A stretch of DNA of 64,000 nt from an uncultured Gammaproteobacteria bacterium. GTDB lineage: Bacteria; Patescibacteriota; Microgenomatia; UBA8517. Shown here piece after piece: positions 57,720 to 64,000 of the stretch (the first letter of the stretch is position 1; every line of letters starts with the position of its first letter). The translations under genes were made by a program, and so were the position numbers. Location: contig CAZYCE010000002.1 of NCBI GenBank assembly GCA_964645605.1, positions 3,256 to 67,255 on the forward strand, written 5' to 3'. The notes below the pieces were generated by a model. The model was not told the DNA's origin. It searched no databases and saw nothing but the letters and a program-made list of their open reading frames with translations.

Positions 57720-58988
57720 CTAAGGCAATAAATTTTTAACACTATCAATTAATTTTCCGAGAACTCCGACCGAAGGTAGTTTCACCTTTTTTGATAAGCT
57801 TGTCAAGTTGTCTTGAGGTTTTGACTTTGCACCATAAAGAATAAGTCCAACACATGTAGAAAATGACGGGGTGATTACGTCATCAATTAGTCCTCCCACC
57901 CCTCTGGGAAGGCCTATTCTTACAGGAACGGATAAAACCCTCTTAGCGGAATCAATGACCCCGGCAGTTTCCGCCCCACCACCTGTGATAATTGCGCCTG
58001 AGGGAATCATATTGGTAATACCCTCCTTTTCCAGTTCCAGTTTAACCATTGAAAAAATCTCGTTAAGCCTTGGCCTGATAATTCCCTCAACAAGGGTTTT
58101 TTTGGAAATTTTTCTTATTTCTGTGATATTTAATCCCGCCAGATCCAGTTCGTCGGTTTCCTCAGCATCCTTTTTCTTTTTGGCGGAAAGGGCAATCTTT
58201 ATTTTTTCGGCAGTTTCAAGTGAAACTCTAAGGCCTATCGCAAGATCGTTGGTTACGTTTTTGGCACCTATCGGAATTACGCCTGAATAAGCAATTGACC
58301 CATCAATATATGCCGCAATCGAAGTGGTTCCTCCTCCGATATCAATAAGAACACATCCTAATTCTTTTTCCGTAGGCGTAAGGACGGCCTCAGCAGAAGC
58401 CAAACCCGAAAAAACCATTTCCTCGATTTTGATCCCGACTTCGTTTACTGCCTTTTTGATGTTTTTTAAGGCCGATGAGGCTGCAGAAACTATATGCGTC
58501 TCCACCTCAAGCCTGACTCCGCTCATTCCTACGGCATCTCTGACACCCGCCTCACCATCGACAATAAATTCTCTTGGCACAACAAAAATAACCTCACGGG
58601 ATACGGGAAGAGAAACAGCGGAAGCCGCCTCGATGGCGCGGTCTATATCGTTTTCGGTAATTTCTCCGTTGGGATCAGAAACCGCAACTACTCCGTGTGA
58701 ATTCTGGGAATGAATATGGGCTCCTCCGATTGACAAGTAGGCAACATCAAGATTGTATCCGGCCATACGCTCCGCGGCTTCGACCGAGGTAATCATTGCC
58801 TCTACAGCTTCATCAATATCCACAATTTGCCCTTTTTTAATTCCTTTTGATTCCGATTGGGAGGCTCCAACCACGTTTATCGAGATTTCTCCGGTGACTG
58901 GATCTGTAACCACTTGACTTACTAGAGTCGCAATCTTACTCGATCCCATGTCTATTGCCGCAACGATTCTTGATTTACTCATTTTCAT
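57720..58988 (-). CDS. ftsA: Cell division protein FtsA
   Basis: It has the actin-like ATPase motifs VAAIDMGSSKIATLV and DIGGGTTSIA, a 1C subdomain and a C-terminal amphipathic helix. Confidence 0.9.
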   Translation of the reverse strand: MKMSKSRIVAAIDMGSSKIATLVSQVVTDPVTGEISINVVGASQSESKGIKKGQIVDIDEAVEAMITSVEAAERMAGYNLDVAYLSIGGAHIHSQNSHGVVAVSDPNGEITENDIDRAIEAASAVSLPVSREVIFVVPREFIVDGEAGVRDAVGMSGVRLEVETHIVSAASSALKNIKKAVNEVGIKIEEMVFSGLASAEAVLTPTEKELGCVLIDIGGGTTSIAAYIDGSIAYSGVIPIGAKNVTNDLAIGLRVSLETAEKIKIALSAKKKKDAEETDELDLAGLNITEIRKISKKTLVEGIIRPRLNEIFSMVKLELEKEGITNMIPSGAIITGGGAETAGVIDSAKRVLSVPVRIGLPRGVGGLIDDVITPSFSTCVGLILYGAKSKPQDNLTSLSKKVKLPSVGVLGKLIDSVKNLLP

Positions 58989-58996
58989 TCTTTAAT

Positions 58997-59668
58997 TTAT
59001 CTTAATACAGGATTTTTGTACCGCAAGTCAATCTGTGAATACAGTGTTCCCCCTTCATTCTCACGAATATTTTTATATATAAGCCTCAAAGACCCCAAAA
59101 GCGTATCGGCATCTATACCCGCTAATGGAAATATTACTCTGATTGACCCCGGTAGATCAACCAGCAAAGTATCTCCTTCGATATTGCCCGAGCCGGTTTG
59201 ATACATTTTATATACACCATGGATCAGGTCAAGGGCAAATAAATTTTTTTCACTTACCCGGGAGCCAACCGTGGGCAAATCCTCGTTTATGATAACTACC
59301 GGTAAGCTTGCCTGGCTTGAGGTGGCCAAAACCATCCCCTCTTTGTCGACAAGAGCAAAAGTGCCGGATGTGGCGTTTTTAAGAGCAAAAATCGGTTTTT
59401 TAATAATTAAGTCTACTTTTAAAATATTCGGGAGTTTGAATTGTATGGTGTATGCCGAAACCAAAAAGTTGGTGCTGAGGGTTTTTTCTAATTCGCGCCT
59501 TGCCATTACTAGGCGCTTACCGTTTATTCCGACAAGTTTATCGGAAACCCCGAAAGGACACTCTCCATATTGGCTTCTACAATTTACTCTGACTTTAATA
59601 AGCAATCCGGGCAGAAAAAAAATAAGAAGTAAAATAATAATTGTTGCCGGAATGATAATTTTTTTCAC
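58997..59668 (-). CDS. FtsQ/DivIB-like cell division protein
   Basis: It has an N-terminal transmembrane helix and a POTRA-like region. Its position between ftsA and murG is conserved in dcw clusters. Sequence similarity itself is weak. Confidence 0.5.
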   Translation of the reverse strand: MKKIIIPATIIILLLIFFLPGLLIKVRVNCRSQYGECPFGVSDKLVGINGKRLVMARRELEKTLSTNFLVSAYTIQFKLPNILKVDLIIKKPIFALKNATSGTFALVDKEGMVLATSSQASLPVVIINEDLPTVGSRVSEKNLFALDLIHGVYKMYQTGSGNIEGDTLLVDLPGSIRVIFPLAGIDADTLLGSLRLIYKNIRENEGGTLYSQIDLRYKNPVLR

Positions 59669-60765
59669 TTCATGTAGTCCTCAAGTAATCTGACCAGTCT
59701 TTTGGATGCATCAAAATCCGGACTTTTCTTACCTTTCATCCGCAGTCTTATTTCAGGTAAATCCGATATCAGGGATTCTATTGAACTTAAAAGCCGTTCC
59801 GGAGTTAGCCTGCTTTGGGGAATTATCCTGGCTATGCCCCAATCCTTGGCAATTTTGGCATTTTCGGTTTGCTCATCCAAATAGCTGATTGGTAAAGGAA
59901 TTAAAATAGCAGGGCGCTTAATATACATTATTTCCGAAACCGTATTTGCCCCGGCTCTGCTGACAATTATTGATGCCCGTGAATAAATTTCGGAAATTTC
60001 AAGCGGGTTTACACGCACAAACACCTCATAGTTGTCTCTTAGGGCTTGGGGAAGTTTTTGTTTGATAGTGGAGAACTTGAGATAATCAAGCCCCCCGGTT
60101 TGATGAATTACTTTATATTTACTAAGAAGAATCTTCAATATTTGTTCAACGGCATCATTAATGCTCTGGGAACCTCTCGATCCACCCGTTATATAGATAA
60201 TCGGTATTTCTGAACGTATTGGAGTTTTTACTGTTTTTATCTCTTTCATTATAGGGTTGCCGGTAATCACACAGCTGGAGTTTTTAAAATATTTTTTACT
60301 TTGCTCTCTGGAAATGGCTATCTTGGTTGCAAATTTGGCCGAAGCAAGATTGGCCCGTCCCGCAGCAGAAGTCTGTTCATGAATTATCACGGGAATGCCC
60401 AAAAGCTTTGCATTAAAAGCCACCGGAAAGGAAGCAAAACCCCCAAAAGAAAGTACCGCCTTAGGTCTAATTTTAATTAAGTAATAAAAGGATTGGATAA
60501 AGCCGATGGGAATTTTCAAATATGACGGAATTGTATAAATGGTAAATTTCCTCTGCAACCTCCCTGTTGTTAGGGGTAGAAATTTTACCCCAAGCCGCGG
60601 CAGTACTTCGGACTCCAACGTAACTACTTTCTTACCCTCAATCGCATTTTTAACGCCGATCCAGTAAAGTTTCCAGCCTTTACTCTGGGATCTTATCTCC
60701 TCAACTACCGCAACTGCGGTTGTGGCAGCATGTCCACCTGTTAAAACCAGTCTATTTTTGTTCAT
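59665..60765 (-). CDS. murG: UDP-N-acetylglucosamine--N-acetylmuramyl-(pentapeptide) pyrophosphoryl-undecaprenol N-acetylglucosamine transferase
   Basis: It starts LVLTGGHAATTAVAVVEEI and has a C-terminal GT-B domain with the GAGTVSE motif region (RAGANTVSEIM). Confidence 0.85.
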   Translation of the reverse strand: MNKNRLVLTGGHAATTAVAVVEEIRSQSKGWKLYWIGVKNAIEGKKVVTLESEVLPRLGVKFLPLTTGRLQRKFTIYTIPSYLKIPIGFIQSFYYLIKIRPKAVLSFGGFASFPVAFNAKLLGIPVIIHEQTSAAGRANLASAKFATKIAISREQSKKYFKNSSCVITGNPIMKEIKTVKTPIRSEIPIIYITGGSRGSQSINDAVEQILKILLSKYKVIHQTGGLDYLKFSTIKQKLPQALRDNYEVFVRVNPLEISEIYSRASIIVSRAGANTVSEIMYIKRPAILIPLPISYLDEQTENAKIAKDWGIARIIPQSRLTPERLLSSIESLISDLPEIRLRMKGKKSPDFDASKRLVRLLEDYMK

Positions 60766-61858
60766 GGTTGGTAAATTTCGATATATTAAGTAGTATACCG
60801 CAAGCCGCGAGTATCATCACCAAACTGCTTCCCCCATAAGAGATAAACGGCAGAGGGATTCCGGTTAAGGGAACAAGGGAAACCATTGAACCAATGTTTA
60901 AAAACGCTTGTCCTCCTATCCAGGCAGATATTCCGGCAGCCAAAACGGATGAGAACTTATCCGGTGCATTCTTGGCAATTTTTAAGCCCCGTAAAACAAA
61001 AAAGACAAAAAGAAAAATTATGGCAAGCGCTCCAATAAGTCCAAGTTCTTCGGCAATAACCGCGAAAATAGAATCGGTTGATGCCTCCGGCAGGAACAGA
61101 TACTTTTGACGGGATGCCCCAAGTCCCGTTCCGAATATTCCCCCCGATCCAAGAGCCAAAAGAATTTGCCTAATGTGATAAGACTTCCCCAGAGGGTCAG
61201 ACGTGCTTTCCAGAAAAGTCATTAACCTGTCTTTGCGATAAGGAGAAAACAAAATCAAAATAATAACTCCGATTATTCCGGCCACCACGGATCCAAAAAC
61301 ATAGATAAGGCTTACATCCGCAACGAAAATTTGGGCAAAACCAATTGCAAGAACTACAAGCGTAGTTCCCAAATCGGGTTGAAGCATAATAAGTCCGGCA
61401 ATTAATGCCAAGGGAATAAGATAAGAAAAAGGCGATTTTCCTTTTGAAGCCACTTTTGCAAAATAGATACATATCGCAAATTTAACAATCTCTGACGGTT
61501 GAAAATTAACAGGGCCAATACGTATCCAGCGGGTTGCACCAAGGGCCGAAATCCCAAATTTTTGAATTAATACCATTACCAAAAGGCCAATCGAGACAAA
61601 GAAAAGCGGGGTAGCCAGTTTTTCCCAAAATGTATATTTAATTCTTGATATTACAAAAAATACCGCAAGACCTATTGCCGCCGATATCGCTTGCTCCTTC
61701 AGCAAATAAAATTTATCGCCGTAATTATTTAAAGATTGAGGAGTTGAAACGTCGGCTACGGCAATTATGCCAATCACAACAAGCGCAATAACCAAAAACA
61801 TCAGGTTTTTGTCGAAAGACTTACTTTGCTTTGAAAGTGTCGATTTTCTATTTCTCAC
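60752..61858 (-). CDS. ftsW: Cell division protein FtsW (SEDS family)
   Basis: It has SEDS motifs (IFAVIAEELGLIGA, GGSSLVM). Its position between mraY and murG supports the call. Confidence 0.8.
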   Translation of the reverse strand: MRNRKSTLSKQSKSFDKNLMFLVIALVVIGIIAVADVSTPQSLNNYGDKFYLLKEQAISAAIGLAVFFVISRIKYTFWEKLATPLFFVSIGLLVMVLIQKFGISALGATRWIRIGPVNFQPSEIVKFAICIYFAKVASKGKSPFSYLIPLALIAGLIMLQPDLGTTLVVLAIGFAQIFVADVSLIYVFGSVVAGIIGVIILILFSPYRKDRLMTFLESTSDPLGKSYHIRQILLALGSGGIFGTGLGASRQKYLFLPEASTDSIFAVIAEELGLIGALAIIFLFVFFVLRGLKIAKNAPDKFSSVLAAGISAWIGGQAFLNIGSMVSLVPLTGIPLPFISYGGSSLVMILAACGILLNISKFTNHEQK

Positions 61859-61869
61859 TTGAAATTAAA

Positions 61870-62919
61870 CTACATTGTTGCCAGCCAAAGTCCAAAAACG
61901 GCCAGAATGAGGCCTAAAATCCATGCGCGCATAACTATTTTTGGTTCTTTCCAACCTTTTGCCAAAAATGTATGGTGGATTGGAGCCAAAGGAAAAAGAG
62001 GTCTTTTTAGGTATTTCCAACCTAAAATTTGAGTCATCGAGGAAGCAATTTCAACTACAAAAACGCCCCCTATCACAACCAAAGCTAAAATTTTTCCTGT
62101 AATAAGCCCGATAACCGCCAGCATTGCACCAAAAGAAAGTGCACCGGCATCTCCCAAAAATATTCTTGCCGGCCATACGTTGAAATACAAAAATGCAAAT
62201 ATTGCCCCCGCCCAAAGGGAAATGAAAAACAGAAGCGGCGTGTCCAGGTTTCCCGTTGCAATTACCATAAACGCAGCTAAGCAAATCAGCAAAAGCCCGC
62301 CGGCAAGCCCGTCCAGTCCGTCAGTAACATTAAAAGCATTGGAAAAAGCAACAATCACAAAAGCGGCAAAGGGTATATACCATACACCCAAATCTAACAC
62401 TTTATGGAAGCCGGGGATATTAACTATGTGTATTCCCAGAGAGTGATATATTAAAAACCCGATAAGAAACCCCAAGATCCACTGCAAAATAAACTTCTGC
62501 CTTCTTCTTAGTCCGAACCACAGTCCCAATACACCTTTTGTGGGCTTGGCAAAAATCTTCAGAAGATCATCGGAAAGCCCCAAAAGGCCAAATGAAATAA
62601 ATGTAAGAAAAATAATAAAAACTTCGGATTTTAAAGGAAATGAACTTTTAACATAAAGGCCCATGTTGGAAGCCAAAGGAAATGAGATAGCAAAAAGCAG
62701 ACTAACCACCGCGATAATTAAAACCCCTCCTCCTACGGGTGTGCCAACTTTAATGTCGTGGAGTTTATCAAAAAGGGGTACCTTGCCAGATTCCGGGGCT
62801 TCTTTTCTTCTTGTTAAATGAAGTTTGTAAAGAAGATCAATAAAAGGAACAATCAATACTATACAAATCAGAAATGAAAAAATAATTAGACCCAAGCTTA
62901 ATGTCAGATAATTAGTCAT
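61870..62919 (-). CDS. mraY: Phospho-N-acetylmuramoyl-pentapeptide transferase
   Basis: It has the NAFNVTDGLDGLAGG motif and 10 transmembrane helices. Confidence 0.9.
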   Translation of the reverse strand: MTNYLTLSLGLIIFSFLICIVLIVPFIDLLYKLHLTRRKEAPESGKVPLFDKLHDIKVGTPVGGGVLIIAVVSLLFAISFPLASNMGLYVKSSFPLKSEVFIIFLTFISFGLLGLSDDLLKIFAKPTKGVLGLWFGLRRRQKFILQWILGFLIGFLIYHSLGIHIVNIPGFHKVLDLGVWYIPFAAFVIVAFSNAFNVTDGLDGLAGGLLLICLAAFMVIATGNLDTPLLFFISLWAGAIFAFLYFNVWPARIFLGDAGALSFGAMLAVIGLITGKILALVVIGGVFVVEIASSMTQILGWKYLKRPLFPLAPIHHTFLAKGWKEPKIVMRAWILGLILAVFGLWLATM

Positions 62920-62959
62920 ATTCCTAGTAGATTATAGACTTGCACAAAAAAAGAGGCAA

Positions 62960-64000
62960 TCAGGATAGCGCCTCAACAAGTTTATCAAGGTGTAGGAATC
63001 TGGACCCTTTAACAAAAATGGCTGAATTCCCATTAATGCGGGGCTTAATGATTTCCAAGGCATCGGTGTGGTTTCCCACCAAAAAACAATTCTTATTACC
63101 AATTTTTTTGGAAGCCTCCTCAACAATGAAGCGGGCAGCACTCCCAACTCCAACAAGACAACTAAACTCTATTGTACCGGCCTTTTTGCCAAGTTGCCTG
63201 TGAGCTTCTTCTTCATATTTCCCAAGTTCCAGCATGTCTCCAATTACGGCAATTTTAACTCTGCCCTTCGAGACTGCGGCAAAAGTATCCAATGACTCTT
63301 CTGCCGCTTTAGGGTTACTATTATACGTGTCATCAAAAATGAGAGCTTTGTCCTTACCCAAAAAAGCGTTTAATCTGTGAACAGGACGCCTGAAGGATTC
63401 AATTCCTTCACATATTTTTTCAAAATTCACACCTAAGGCATCGGCTGCCCCCGCGGCCGCCAAGGCATTGTTGACAAATTGGTTACCCAAGGCTTTAATA
63501 TGAACATTTTTTGTATTCTTTTTGATCGTGAGAGCAAAATCTGTGCTCAAATCGTCATTCAATTTAACGTTTGAGGCTGTTATCTCTGAATCTTTTCCAA
63601 AATATATTACCTTAGCTTTTGCCTCTTTTCCCAGCCGGAGGGTAAATTCGTTTTCAGCATTCAAAACCGCAACTCCGCCATCTTCCAGATTTTTTATAAG
63701 TTTTCCTTTTTCCAAAGCAACACCTTTTTTGTCTTTAAGAAATTCCGTATGGGTTGTGGCAATATTTGTCACGATTCCCACATTGGGTCTTGCCAGCCAA
63801 AGATAAAAATCCATCTCATTTGGAAATTCAACCGACATCTCAAGAATTAAAAATTTCGTTTTGCGATTGGCTTTTAAAATCGTATTCGGAATATTGTAAA
63901 CAGGGTCTATACCCTGCGCCGACCAAACGGTATTTCCGACCCCTTCAAGAATTGAAGCCAGGATTTCCGTAGTTGTTGTTTTACCCGTGCTGCCCGTAAT
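62960..64000 (-). CDS. murF: UDP-N-acetylmuramoyl-tripeptide--D-alanyl-D-alanine ligase, partial. The 5' end lies beyond the right edge of the window.
   Basis: I translated the reverse strand from the window edge. It reads ITGSTGKTTTTEILASILEG..., the Mur ligase P-loop, in frame with the listed ORF (MSVEFPNEMDF...). DDTYNSNP and GDMLELG motifs are also present. Confidence 0.8.
   Translation of the reverse strand: MTGSTGKTTTTEILASILEGVGNTVWSAQGIDPVYNIPNTILKANRKTKFLILEMSVEFPNEMDFYLWLARPNVGIVTNIATTHTEFLKDKKGVALEKGKLIKNLEDGGVAVLNAENEFTLRLGKEAKAKVIYFGKDSEITASNVKLNDDLSTDFALTIKKNTKNVHIKALGNQFVNNALAAAGAADALGVNFEKICEGIESFRRPVHRLNAFLGKDKALIFDDTYNSNPKAAEESLDTFAAVSKGRVKIAVIGDMLELGKYEEEAHRQLGKKAGTIEFSCLVGVGSAARFIVEEASKKIGNKNCFLVGNHTDALEIIKPRINGNSAIFVKGSRFLHLDKLVEALS

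Noticed and set aside
902-63972. Many 60-190-aa ORFs antisense to long genes, for example 2830-3168, 12623-13108, 20722-21300, 44352-45131, 51060-51563, 57871-58290 and 62932-63156
   Set aside because: Each lies wholly inside a well-supported gene on the opposite strand. Each has biased, repetitive composition (Ser/Pro/Leu-rich). These are shadow ORFs.
1-64000. CRISPR arrays, insertion sequences, integrases or prophage genes
   Set aside because: I saw no spaced direct repeats and no transposase, integrase or phage-like proteins anywhere in the window. The tRNA-flanked glycosylation cluster lacks an integrase.

Overview
This 64-kb window reads like a contig from a small-genome, AT-rich bacterium, possibly of the Candidate Phyla Radiation / Patescibacteria type. 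That placement is an inference from gene content, not a database result. The supporting content is bacterial division genes (ftsZ, ftsA, murG, mraY, murF), GatCAB, a type-2-like IleS, a short archaeal-type PurA, a CBS-less IMPDH-family enzyme and weak Shine-Dalgarno sequences. Almost all of the window is housekeeping DNA on the minus strand. From the start to the end of the window, the main blocks are:

- **Excision repair and SOS:** a contiguous uvrC / transglutaminase-like protein / uvrA / uvrB block, with lexA transcribed divergently from uvrB.
- **Central carbon metabolism:** a lower-glycolysis/gluconeogenesis cluster (gpmI, eno, a ppsA-like gene, a bifunctional PGI/PMI and a phosphohexomutase).
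- **Replication, translation and stress genes:** holA-like, ruvC, rplS, dnaE, a stand-alone GGDEF protein, gatC-gatA-(MFS)-gatB, htpX-lemA and a PolX polymerase.
- **tRNA-flanked cell-surface glycosylation cluster:** glycosyltransferases of the GT2, GT4 and GT-C families, a Wzx-like flippase, an O-antigen-ligase-like protein and a methyltransferase.
- **Purine interconversion and further housekeeping:** a phosphoribosyltransferase, a CBS-less IMPDH/GuaC-family enzyme and purA, followed by lepB, parB, rpmA, rplU, a SEDS protein, ileS and a dus gene.
- **Division and cell wall cluster:** mltG, ftsZ, ftsA, ftsQ-like, murG, ftsW, mraY and a partial murF.

The tRNA genes are the most unusual part of the window:

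- **tRNA-Asp(GUC)** is interrupted in its anticodon loop by a 183-nt insert with a textbook group I intron architecture. The P1 helix places a U·G wobble pair at the splice site, P2 through P9 can be drawn, the P7 elements match the group I R and S consensus, and the intron ends in a terminal G.
- **A complete tRNA-Val(CAC)** lies inside a 110-nt insertion that splits a second, tRNA-Val(UAC)-like gene exactly at the canonical 37/38 position.

The other notable observations are:

- a class I methyltransferase is broken by a frameshift;
- the ACCAA-N9-TTGGT dyad in the 71-bp gap between uvrB and the annotated lexA ORF start (about 110 bp to the probable ATG) is a candidate SOS operator;
- a 330-bp spacer between uvrA and uvrB carries stable hairpins;
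- several hypothetical proteins are small, secreted or metal-binding.

I found no CRISPR array, transposase or integrase.
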